Assembly (NCBI GenBank): GCA_902779785.1
Contig: CACZDC010000003.1
Span: 19,674-83,673 of the forward strand
DNA from: an uncultured Bacteroidia bacterium
GTDB taxonomy: Bacteria; Bacteroidota; Bacteroidia; Bacteroidales; UBA932
Direction: 5' to 3'
Length of the DNA stretch: 64,000 bases
Shown here: positions 55,623-64,000 of the stretch, in pieces
Layout of the letters: every line of letters begins with the position of its first letter
How positions within the stretch are numbered: the first letter of the stretch is position 1
Notes under the pieces: model-generated
Told to the model about the DNA's origin: nothing
The model's input: only the letters and a program-made list of their open reading frames with translations
The model's database searches: none
Position numbers and translations under genes: made by a program

Positions 55623-57608
55623 TTATAATCTAGGCCAAATGGTTTCCCAAATCAGATCCATAAAGTTCCGCTTACCCTTGTTAAGCTGGGCGGTCACCGC
55701 GATGACGGCATTCTTCTCCGGGATTACGATACCAAACTGTCCGAAAGCGCCGTCCAGCCTGAACGCATTGTGGGTGCACACCCACATCTGGTATCCATAA
55801 CCCGCATTCCAGTCATTCCGTGGGCCGTCGGACTGGTAAATCTGCGGTGAACTCATCGCCTCCACCCATTCCGGCCGGAGCAATTGCCGACCGTCCCATT
55901 TCCCTTTGTTCAATAAAAACTGGGCGGTCTTGGCAAGGGTTTCCGTTGTGGTATAAAGTCCCCAGCCCCCTGCGGTAACGCCGTCGGCACTCTCCTCCCA
56001 TTCCCAGTTGCAGATGCCCAGCGGACGGAACAGGCGGATGTTCAAATACTCGGAAAGTTTCATTCCTGTACAGCGCTGGACGATTTCAGACAAGAGATAG
56101 GTATTCATCGAATTGTAATGATAGCGGGCCCCTGGTTCAAAAGCCATCGGGACTGCAAGAACTTCCCTGGCGGGATGCTGCCATTCCAGCGACCGGACCT
56201 TATTGATTCCGTCTGTCCCAAGTCCGGACGACATCGTCAGAAGATCCCGAATGCACAATTTTTCCAGCCACTCTCCGCGCTCGGAAGGGAGCTCGTCGTC
56301 GTGAAAGAAAGAGATTACCTTGTCATCAATTCCAAATAGAGACTCCTGTACCGCAAAGCCCACAGCAATGGCGGTAAAAGTCTTGGAAGCAGACCACATT
56401 ACGTGCCTCTCATCGGGTCTGTGCCCCGTATCATACTTTTCGTAAATCTTCTTTCCGTCCTTCAGAATCATCATAGAATGGATTTCATCCGTTCCAGCGA
56501 ACATCGTCACTGCCCTCCAGACGGAATCAGCAGCCTCATCGATGCAACCAAAGTCATCGGCAGACTCAAGATGGATGTCCGGGCTGTCCGGCCGGCGGGA
56601 GATAACTTCCCGGCAGGGCGAAACGCTGACCACCTGGAAATCCCTGTCCAATACGAATACCTGATAACGCTGTCCTCCGTCACTGACCCGAAGCACGATA
56701 TGCCCCACGCCTGCCACGGCTGACTTCCAAAGCGCGCTCCCGCTGCCTTTTTTACCACTGTCCGTCGTCACATAAAGCTTGTGAGCGCAGGGGAGCTGTG
56801 GATCGGCGATACGCCGGAGCGTCAGTGGGCAAGGCTGTTTATGGTCGAAGCCGGCGACGAGCATCACTTCCGGGCGCATCTTCCACAGAAAATCGGAAGT
56901 GGTCGCGTCCGGGACACCGTGATGGTTCAGTTTCATCGCGGTAACCGGGCCGACGAGCTCAGCCACCTGGCTTTCGAAACTCCGGTATTCCACCTTATCG
57001 TTGGCTTTGATTTCCGGAGAAACTGCTTTCCCGTCCTTGAATTGCTTCACATAGAAGTTGCTTCCGGAAATATCCCCGCCCGTATAATAGGAGAAGGGGC
57101 CATAGCGCAGCAGGATGGCGCAGCTGAGCATATTCTCGTCAAAGTTTTCGGGGTCCTCTGGAGACAAGGGGCGGCAAAGGGTTCCGTTTTCCGTAGCTAT
57201 CCATCCATTCCCGGCAATATTGAAGATGTCAAATTCCGACACTGTAGCGTGAAGTGGAATGAACTGATTATGACTGCCCGGAGTAAAACTGTTCCTGTCT
57301 ATTTTCCGGCCAATCTCGAAATTCGCCTCAACCGCAGTGGCGCCACCGGTATGGTCCTTATGGAAATGGGTCAGAAAGAAATAATCCAGCCCGTCAGGCC
57401 TGGGGGAAAAGTGGCGTATGTATCGGGAGACGACTTCGGCCTTGGGATCCCCGGCATCGATAAGCATAGTCGTGCCGTCGGGCATCACTACAAAGGTATT
57501 CTCCCCGTAGTCCGAGGCAATCATATGGATATCCAGCGTCCCCTCCTTCCAGAAGGGAAAGACTGACAATGCGGCCGCAAGAAGGCCGGATACAAGAAAA
57601 TGGATCAT
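55623..57608 (-). CDS. Fusion of an MBL-fold (ComEC/Pce-like) hydrolase and a beta-lactamase-fold serine hydrolase
   Basis: N-half: MLIDAG, THFHKDH, GGD, NHHG. C-half: WSASKT (SxxK), LLTMSSG, PGARYHYN, YGYQMW, DGAFGQ. Confidence 0.82.
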   Translation of the reverse strand: MIHFLVSGLLAAALSVFPFWKEGTLDIHMIASDYGENTFVVMPDGTTMLIDAGDPKAEVVSRYIRHFSPRPDGLDYFFLTHFHKDHTGGATAVEANFEIGRKIDRNSFTPGSHNQFIPLHATVSEFDIFNIAGNGWIATENGTLCRPLSPEDPENFDENMLSCAILLRYGPFSYYTGGDISGSNFYVKQFKDGKAVSPEIKANDKVEYRSFESQVAELVGPVTAMKLNHHGVPDATTSDFLWKMRPEVMLVAGFDHKQPCPLTLRRIADPQLPCAHKLYVTTDSGKKGSGSALWKSAVAGVGHIVLRVSDGGQRYQVFVLDRDFQVVSVSPCREVISRRPDSPDIHLESADDFGCIDEAADSVWRAVTMFAGTDEIHSMMILKDGKKIYEKYDTGHRPDERHVMWSASKTFTAIAVGFAVQESLFGIDDKVISFFHDDELPSERGEWLEKLCIRDLLTMSSGLGTDGINKVRSLEWQHPAREVLAVPMAFEPGARYHYNSMNTYLLSEIVQRCTGMKLSEYLNIRLFRPLGICNWEWEESADGVTAGGWGLYTTTETLAKTAQFLLNKGKWDGRQLLRPEWVEAMSSPQIYQSDGPRNDWNAGYGYQMWVCTHNAFRLDGAFGQFGIVIPEKNAVIAVTAQLNKGKRNFMDLIWETIWPRL

Positions 57609-57615
57609 CGTCAAA

Positions 57616-58563
57616 TTAGAAGTTACGTTCTTTCAGGCAGGCTTCCAACTGTTCCTTGCTCATAGGAAGTTTTCCCTTATAATTGCGAACCCACTTCACG
57701 AAGCGCTTGTTCATCTCATCACTCCAGGCACTGTCAATTTCTCCCGCCGTATAGACGTGAGTCTTAATCATCTCCTCTCCGAATTCGTCAGTGAGTTTGG
57801 TAAATTCCGAGGTCAGGACAATATGCTCCAACAGGTGAGGCGGGATGAAGAGGACGGCCCCAGGCTTGGCCAGGACGGCGTCGCCGGGCAGTACGGTAGC
57901 GTGTCCGATGCGGATGGGCACATTATAATTGGTCAGGATAGTCTGACGCATATAGGACGGATCATAGTTCTTCATCCATATATTCAGACCGGGGATGCGG
58001 CGAAGGCGCTCAATATCCCGGATATTGCCGTAGGTAATCAGGCCGTTTCCGGTTTTTTCGAACACCCCGCTGCCCAGATTCGAGCCCACAGCCGTGCCCA
58101 GGAACTCCTTGTTATAGGTATCGGCCACATACACGTCACCCTTGACCAGAGAATTGATGACCCAGGATACCGTGCGCTTCTGCTGCCACATCCTGCCTTC
58201 CTTCTTGCCCTGTTCGATGATTTCGTCTTCCAGGTCAGGACGCAGCGGCATAAACTGGGCCGTAACGGCACGTCCCACCATTACGGCGTCCTCGGTGTCG
58301 TGCAGCAACATCCAGTCACCCTCATATTGATTCTGGTAGCCAAGTTTCATCAACTCCGCCCAACACTCTTCAATGGTCACGTGCTTGAGTCTCTCCAGAA
58401 GATCGTCCGGGACTTTCGGACGTCCGTCAGGGAAACGTTCCCCTGTCCACTTAGCCGTCAGGGCCTTGATGTATTCCGGAGAACCTGCAATAGACTGGGC
58501 AAGCGCCCGGCCGGGCAGCAGCGCAAATGCGGCTGCGCACACAATCGTTACAATCCTTTTCAT
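57616..58563 (-). CDS. RraA / HMG-aldolase-like protein with a signal peptide
   Basis: GRAVTAQF.P, GDVYVAD, GSNLG, GNIRD, IG.ATVLPGD.V, FIP; N-terminus MKRIVTIVCAAAFALLPGRALA-Q. Confidence 0.78.
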   Translation of the reverse strand: MKRIVTIVCAAAFALLPGRALAQSIAGSPEYIKALTAKWTGERFPDGRPKVPDDLLERLKHVTIEECWAELMKLGYQNQYEGDWMLLHDTEDAVMVGRAVTAQFMPLRPDLEDEIIEQGKKEGRMWQQKRTVSWVINSLVKGDVYVADTYNKEFLGTAVGSNLGSGVFEKTGNGLITYGNIRDIERLRRIPGLNIWMKNYDPSYMRQTILTNYNVPIRIGHATVLPGDAVLAKPGAVLFIPPHLLEHIVLTSEFTKLTDEFGEEMIKTHVYTAGEIDSAWSDEMNKRFVKWVRNYKGKLPMSKEQLEACLKERNF

Positions 58564-61500
58564 ATGTTTTTCCATACAATTTCCATCGTCGTTTTTCCGA
58601 TTTTCACCGCCTGGCGGGCGGGAGAATTTTCCAGCACTTTAACTTCGGCGGCCTTGTCATATAGCAGGGCGAAAGCGCAGGAGGCGTTTTTAGGACTGCG
58701 TCCGTGATCTACATACAGATCCATCAACTCCCCTTCCCCTTCGCTGAAGGCCGTTCCCTTAAACGGGAAATATTTTACGCGTTCCGCATCGGCCCTGTAG
58801 CGCTGGTCCACGCAGGTTACAACCTGCACGTCCCTCTCGCAACAGATTCCCGCCGTCAGGCAGACGACACCTCCGCCGAAAAAGAACCAGGCCTTGCGCG
58901 CACACAGTCCATCCCGCTGATACAGCATACCGATGGCCATATCGTTGCCATACATCCGGCAGAGCGGGTGCGGAGCATCGTTATATACAGGGTTTTCGTT
59001 GTCCTCGCAAGGCGGAGTCGCACTTACCGGGCCTCCGTCATCCCAGGAGGTAACACCGGGGATATGCTTCCAATTCCACAGTGAAGCGATATTCTCGTAT
59101 TCATCCCCGCGAGATCGGGTAAGCAGGCAGCCGTCGGCGGAAAAATAGCCCTGCGCGTTCTCTCCGTTCGTACACTCATAGCCCTTGACAAAACGGGACT
59201 GCATCCGCAGGGACGCATACCAGCCATCCCCTCGGTAAACGGCAAAATCGGAACAGGGATAGTAAATCCCCCCACTCCGCTGGGGAATCTCCACGCCAAG
59301 CCGCTCCGCAGCCTGAAGGGCACAAATCGCCTTACCGCGCTGGGCATTGACAAACAGCTGCCGTCCGCAGGCGTTCATATCAAAGAAACCCTGATAAACC
59401 ATCTGTCCCAGGCCTTTGGAGACATAATCTTTCAAAAATAACTTCTGTCTGTCGGAGAAAGCCAGGGGCGTATCTTCCAGGACAGAGGCCCACCAGGAAA
59501 GGGAAACAGCATAAGACAGACCGTAGTTGCCGAACTGCAACTGGCGCCCGTGCTGTTGGAAGGACCAGTCCGTCCTCACTCCGGCACCCGGCGCTCCAAA
59601 GCTGGCTTCACCCACAAGGACTGCCTGCGCTTCACGGACGGACACATCATCCCCGCCAAGCAAGCCGCGCATCAGGACAATCCCGGCAAGCCACACACGG
59701 TTCTGTCCGCTGCGGCCGATTTTGGCCGCGGACAGCACTTTCAGGCAAGCCTCCAGTTCATCGTCGGTGAATTCCTCTTTCAGCAGAAGGAAAGCCGGCG
59801 CCAGCAGGCGCGGGCAACCTATCTCATTGTGCCACCAGTTGGGACAGACGGGCGTATTCCCGCACCAGAAACGAAGGGCTTGCAAGGCCGCATCACGGGC
59901 AGCGGCATCTCCGGTCCGGCGGTAACGGATGGCTAGCCGCTGCAGGCGGAAACAATGGATGGCAGGGGCCCATACGCCCCGGGAATCGTCCCGGTAATCG
60001 ATATCGGTAAAACTGCCGTCTTCCTTCTGGAGGGAAAGGAGCTTCGCAGCCTCGGCATCCTCCAACGGGACTTGCAGGAAGAGTTCCCGCATATCACAAC
60101 TGTTCTCGAGGCCCTCTTTGGAGATGAGCGCATACTCCGCCGCCTTCCCGGGGTCGGTCTCTACGGCGAGAGTCGCTGCATTGATGGCGGCAATGATCCG
60201 GCTCGCCAGAGGAGACCCCCTGAACTTTCGATCTTCCAATTGACATTCATAGAGCGAGAGCGGATTCCGGAAGGACGTTTTCGTCAGGCGGGGCCACCAG
60301 TCAAAACGTGTCGCAGCTTCCGCATCCGGCAGGCTGATGTGTCCGCTGCCGCCCTGGCCATAATCCACATAGGGGTACCACTTCGCGTCCGGACGACGGG
60401 CGTAACCCAGCGACTGATAATAATCCTCCACTGGTTTGCCATAGAAATCTCTGTTCAGACGCTTCTGAACACGGGTGCCGCCCAAGAGGCCAATGCAATA
60501 ATTGCGTCCTGATGGATGGGGGCTGGAGAAAGTGAGACCGGGGGTATTTTCCGCCGCCCAGGGGCTTTCACATTCGACATTGCCCTCCGTCTCCACATTC
60601 CAGAAAATGGTATTGGCTCCGGTCCATCCGTGACCGGTGCCTGCGTTTCCGTGGTCCGTCACGCGGAAGCCCGCGGAATTGTAACAACAGTCGAAAAGTG
60701 TCCCGGTACTCCAGCGCTGGTGCGGACCGGCACCGGTACGCATATTTGGCCCCTGGCACTGGGTATAGACATTCGGCCCTCCCGCCTTGGTATTGGTTCC
60801 GAAACCGATGGCCGACTTTTCACAATAGCATTTTTTTATCAGACAGAGTTCCGCCCCTTCCAGGGCAAAACCATAACGCCGGGCCATCGTGGGCAGGGAA
60901 ACGGGATTGACAAAAGAGCAATCTTCCACGGTGACGCAGCGGGTTCCGGAGGAAAGCATAGTCGCAGCAAAGCCGAAGTGCGTCACGGTGACTTCCCTGG
61001 CAAAACAATCTTCACAGGCAAGGAAATACATTCCATACCAGGCATGTTCCTCGTCGATTTCCACCCCATCCTCGTTCCTGACCGAAGGGTCATAGTCAGA
61101 ATCCAGAGTGAGCTTTTCTATCCCGCAGCCGCGTACACGCGTGAGCCTGTACTTGCAGATATTACCTCCGCCGTAGTTTTTATCCAGGGACTGCACCAGC
61201 GGGGCGTCAAAATAGAGCCGATTCCCGCGGATATCGGTCACGCGGCGCGACCAGCGCATCATCATATTCCCGTCGCTCCATTGCCTGACAGGACCCTTTT
61301 CCCTGCCGTTGGAGGCAATCCTGTCCATTCCCACGTCGGAAAGCCAGGCCGCATTGTGCGGACGCTCAACCATCACTTCGTCTCCAATGGAAAAGATACC
61401 GGAATCTTCCACCTCTACCCAAAACCGGCCCACCGGGCAATAGTCCTCCGCCACGGCAACCTTTTCCTTGATGGACGGTGAAGAAGCATGGGGAGAAAGG

Positions 61501-62048
61501 AGATAGAGGAAATGCTTCCCGAAGGAAGAACGTCCCTCTACGCCGACGACGGCCATCTTCTTCATTTTGAACCTTTTCCCCGCGATATTGCTGTATTTCT
61601 CCGGATCGTCTTTCGCTTTATAGGAAGCGCAATGACCGATGACGACTGCCGGACGCTGTATCCTCCCGCCGCACTTGAGGACGGTTCCCTCGCGGCTCTC
61701 TCCCCTCAGGATCACCTTATCCTTATCCAAGAACAGGATGCCCCCTACGTTGTAAACGCCGTTTTTGAGAAGGACAGTACCCCCACCCGCAGCTTTAGCA
61801 GCCCGGTCGATGGCAGCCTGAAGAATCGACGTTGTATCAGGATAGATTTTGCTCCTCAACAGCTCGGCCACTTTTTCCGGAGATAAGGTCTCTGTCACGG
61901 GATAATCCGGATAAGTAAGGTCACCGTGGCCATACCCGACCGTACTGAAGTCCGGAATTATATCGACACTGAGCGTATCCGTCTGTGCCGGCGAGGGAAG
62001 TCCCGCCAGTAGCATCACTCCGAGAAGAATGGCTTTGAAACGCATCAT
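58560..62048 (-). CDS. Fusion of an N-terminal right-handed beta-helix (pectate-lyase-like) domain and a C-terminal PL8 (chondroitin AC/hyaluronate lyase-like) domain
   Basis: Signal peptide; IPDFSTVGY, LQAAID..GGGTVLLKNGVY, VILRGE. PL8 part: NWWHNEIGCP, GQNRVW, DWSFQQHGRQLQFGNYG, CGRQ, NGENAQG, W.W..IPGVT. Confidence 0.8.
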   Translation of the reverse strand: MMRFKAILLGVMLLAGLPSPAQTDTLSVDIIPDFSTVGYGHGDLTYPDYPVTETLSPEKVAELLRSKIYPDTTSILQAAIDRAAKAAGGGTVLLKNGVYNVGGILFLDKDKVILRGESREGTVLKCGGRIQRPAVVIGHCASYKAKDDPEKYSNIAGKRFKMKKMAVVGVEGRSSFGKHFLYLLSPHASSPSIKEKVAVAEDYCPVGRFWVEVEDSGIFSIGDEVMVERPHNAAWLSDVGMDRIASNGREKGPVRQWSDGNMMMRWSRRVTDIRGNRLYFDAPLVQSLDKNYGGGNICKYRLTRVRGCGIEKLTLDSDYDPSVRNEDGVEIDEEHAWYGMYFLACEDCFAREVTVTHFGFAATMLSSGTRCVTVEDCSFVNPVSLPTMARRYGFALEGAELCLIKKCYCEKSAIGFGTNTKAGGPNVYTQCQGPNMRTGAGPHQRWSTGTLFDCCYNSAGFRVTDHGNAGTGHGWTGANTIFWNVETEGNVECESPWAAENTPGLTFSSPHPSGRNYCIGLLGGTRVQKRLNRDFYGKPVEDYYQSLGYARRPDAKWYPYVDYGQGGSGHISLPDAEAATRFDWWPRLTKTSFRNPLSLYECQLEDRKFRGSPLASRIIAAINAATLAVETDPGKAAEYALISKEGLENSCDMRELFLQVPLEDAEAAKLLSLQKEDGSFTDIDYRDDSRGVWAPAIHCFRLQRLAIRYRRTGDAAARDAALQALRFWCGNTPVCPNWWHNEIGCPRLLAPAFLLLKEEFTDDELEACLKVLSAAKIGRSGQNRVWLAGIVLMRGLLGGDDVSVREAQAVLVGEASFGAPGAGVRTDWSFQQHGRQLQFGNYGLSYAVSLSWWASVLEDTPLAFSDRQKLFLKDYVSKGLGQMVYQGFFDMNACGRQLFVNAQRGKAICALQAAERLGVEIPQRSGGIYYPCSDFAVYRGDGWYASLRMQSRFVKGYECTNGENAQGYFSADGCLLTRSRGDEYENIASLWNWKHIPGVTSWDDGGPVSATPPCEDNENPVYNDAPHPLCRMYGNDMAIGMLYQRDGLCARKAWFFFGGGVVCLTAGICCERDVQVVTCVDQRYRADAERVKYFPFKGTAFSEGEGELMDLYVDHGRSPKNASCAFALLYDKAAEVKVLENSPARQAVKIGKTTMEIVWKNI

Positions 62049-63493
62049 CAATTTCTATAGTCAAGGGGCGGCTTACGGTCGCCTACCAGTGATTCATACA
62101 CAAAGTCCTTGCCTCGCGCTTTCAGGAATTCTTCACGTGCCGCCTTGAGCAGTTCCGGCTTTTTGAAGAGTTCCAGAGCCGTAAGATAATAAATCTTTCC
62201 CACATTCACTACGGCTTTTGTTCCGATTGTCGTTCCGCCCACCGCTACCTGTTGCCAGGAATGCCCGCCGCCCCCTAAGGTACAGCAGGCCACATAGAGT
62301 TTGGCCGTAGGTGCAACGAAGGACACGCTGCCGGCATCCGAACTGGAGCCGAGCGGGCGGTTAGGCCTGACTTCCGGGGCTACCTCGGCGAAATTTCCGA
62401 AATCCTCCGGGTCTCTGCCGGTATTCTTCAGTATTTCCCGGCAGAATTCTTTTTCCGCTTCACTGAGAATCACGCCCCCCACCTCGTTTTGCTTTTTGCA
62501 GACGATATCGCAAAGGACGGAATTCGCGAGAACGGGATAATTACTGTTGATGAGTTCGTAGCTCATCGTCGTTCCGGTGCCAAGCGCGGCCCCCTCGGCG
62601 GCCTTGATGACCCGCTCAGTCACCGCCTTCATATACTCCACTTCTGGATGGCGGATATAATAACGCACAACCGACAGGTCCGGGACGACATTGGGTGCTG
62701 GGTTGGTCCGCGTTACTGCATAATGGAGACGAGTTTCCGGCCGCACGTGCTCTCGCATCAGATTAGTCATATAGTCCAAGGCTTCCACGGCATCGAAGGC
62801 GGAACGGCCGTTCCATGGCTGGGCACCGGCGTGCGCGCCCTTCCCGTGAAAAGTAAAATCGATGGTCATTGTAGCGCTGCCTGAATTGAGATTGGTCTGG
62901 TTCCTTGTTGCAGGATGCCAGATAAATGCGGCGTCCAGACCGTCGAACACTCCGTCCCGAACCATATAGTTTTTGGCACCGCCGCCCTCTTCGGCGGGAC
63001 AGCCGAAGAGTTTCACTGTCCCCAGATGACCCTGTGCCAGCCATTTTGAAATGGCAAGAGCCGCCGCGAGACTGCCCGTTCCCAGCAAATTATGTCCGCA
63101 ACCGTGCCCATATCCTTCTTCCACCACCGGCTGACGGTAAGGGACAGCGGCCTGAGAAAGCCCAGGGAGAGCATCATACTCCGCGAGGATGCCGATAATC
63201 GGTTTTCCCTCACCGTAAGTCGCGACAAAGGCCGTAGGAATGCCGGCTACCCCCTTCTCTACGCTGAAACCGTTTTCTTCGAGTATGGAAATGAGCAGCG
63301 TGCTGCTCTTATACTCCTGATAGCCAGGCTCCGCAAAGGCGTGAATCGCCTTGGAAACGCTGTCCAGTAGCTCGAAATTGGTCTCAAGCCACTTGAGGCC
63401 AACGTCGTCGCGGGACTTGGGCCTGGCCGGAAGTATCGTGGATACGACAAATAGCGCAAGTGCGCAAAGGACGATATTAGTTATTTTCATCAT
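62048..63493 (-). CDS. M20D amidohydrolase, AbgB-like, with a signal peptide
   Basis: EYDALPG, GHGCGHN, PAEEGG, WHP, G..AHA...PW.GRSA.DA, SSD.G.VS; start 63493 (ATGA overlap) or 63499. Confidence 0.85.
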   Translation of the reverse strand: MMKITNIVLCALALFVVSTILPARPKSRDDVGLKWLETNFELLDSVSKAIHAFAEPGYQEYKSSTLLISILEENGFSVEKGVAGIPTAFVATYGEGKPIIGILAEYDALPGLSQAAVPYRQPVVEEGYGHGCGHNLLGTGSLAAALAISKWLAQGHLGTVKLFGCPAEEGGGAKNYMVRDGVFDGLDAAFIWHPATRNQTNLNSGSATMTIDFTFHGKGAHAGAQPWNGRSAFDAVEALDYMTNLMREHVRPETRLHYAVTRTNPAPNVVPDLSVVRYYIRHPEVEYMKAVTERVIKAAEGAALGTGTTMSYELINSNYPVLANSVLCDIVCKKQNEVGGVILSEAEKEFCREILKNTGRDPEDFGNFAEVAPEVRPNRPLGSSSDAGSVSFVAPTAKLYVACCTLGGGGHSWQQVAVGGTTIGTKAVVNVGKIYYLTALELFKKPELLKAAREEFLKARGKDFVYESLVGDRKPPLDYRN

Positions 63494-64000
63494 AGACATT
63501 CTCCATTACCGGAAGCCTTGCGGTCCTGAAGCTGGCTCAGGTACAGCGATTCCGGATGGTCAAAACTGGAAATCGAGAAGCGGGGCCACCAGCTGCACGT
63601 CGCCTCTGCGTCCGCACAGGGAAGTTGGACGTGCGACTTTCCGCCGTCGCCATATTCCACCCGGGACGGATACCACTGTGGATCGGGACGGGAAGGGAAC
63701 CCTGCCTTTACATAGGTATCTTCATTCTTTCCTGCAAAGTAATTAACACGTTCGCCACCTAGAAGACCGATACAATAATTGCGTCCGGATGCGTAGGAAC
63801 TGACAAAGGACAGGGAGGGAGTGTTCTCCATTGCCCAAGGGCTTTCACACTCGATTTTTCCTTCTGTCTCCACGTTCCAGAATACGGTATTGGCCCCGAT
63901 CCATCCGTGTCCGGATCCTGAATTGCCGTGGTCCGTACATCGAAAGCCGGCGGAATTGTAACAACAGTCATAAAGCGTACCGGTACTCCACAACATATGC
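63490..64000 (-). CDS. C-terminal part of a beta-helix protein paralogous to the N-domain of the PL8 fusion; 5' end outside the window
   Basis: Frame is open to the edge (H-MLWSTGTLYDCCYNSAGFR...); aligns residue-for-residue with HQRWSTGTLFDCCYNSAGFR... at about 60225-60722. Confidence 0.85.
   Translation of the reverse strand, partial: HMLWSTGTLYDCCYNSAGFRCTDHGNSGSGHGWIGANTVFWNVETEGKIECESPWAMENTPSLSFVSSYASGRNYCIGLLGGERVNYFAGKNEDTYVKAGFPSRPDPQWYPSRVEYGDGGKSHVQLPCADAEATCSWWPRFSISSFDHPESLYLSQLQDRKASGNGECL

Noticed and set aside
55623-57608. Antibiotic-resistance beta-lactamase call for the MBL/serine-hydrolase fusion
   Set aside because: The MBL half has ComEC/Pce-type motifs rather than subclass B1-B3 signatures, and the gene is embedded in a catabolic operon. 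Only a nitrocefin assay could exclude side activity.
1-64000. CRISPR array, rRNA, tRNA, IS/transposase, integrase, prophage or reverse transcriptase
   Set aside because: No spaced direct repeats, cloverleaf/rRNA signatures, or DDE, tyrosine-recombinase, phage or RT motifs were found by eye in the ORFs or intergenic gaps.

Overview
A 64-kb, gene-dense, GC-rich chromosomal segment from a Bacteroidota bacterium, probably Bacteroidales. The taxonomy is inferred from TAnnTTTG -7 promoter boxes, a hybrid two-component system, SPII lipoproteins with acidic export signals and the gene repertoire. Positions 1-46.6 kb are mostly housekeeping genes: exbB-exbD-tonB, rluB-era-parC, aroK, an orphan sdhC, pyrH, recJ, aminopeptidase P, hemW, a U32/RlhA-type protein, prmC-ddl-PBP1A, topA-asnC, ispD, mreBCD-mrdA-rodA and a cls-like PLD. 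Accessory genes are interspersed: a truncated Ig-repeat surface lipoprotein, a vapBC module with an operator-like palindrome, an M16 peptidase homolog lacking its catalytic motif, a TonB receptor/DUF4249 unit and several orphan lipoproteins. From 46.76 kb to the right edge is the best candidate for an undescribed system: a single tightly coupled minus-strand operon of >17 kb in which nearly every enzyme has an export signal. It encodes a partial beta-helix protein, an AbgB-like amidohydrolase, a beta-helix + PL8 lyase fusion, an RraA/HMG-aldolase-like protein, an MBL-fold + serine-hydrolase fusion, GH127, a DUF6259-like putative glycosidase, an operon-internal HTCS and a GH43-like enzyme. No SusC/SusD pair lies inside the window. 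No rRNA, tRNA, CRISPR array, transposase, integrase or reverse transcriptase was recognised. All family assignments come from motif recognition by eye, not database searches.
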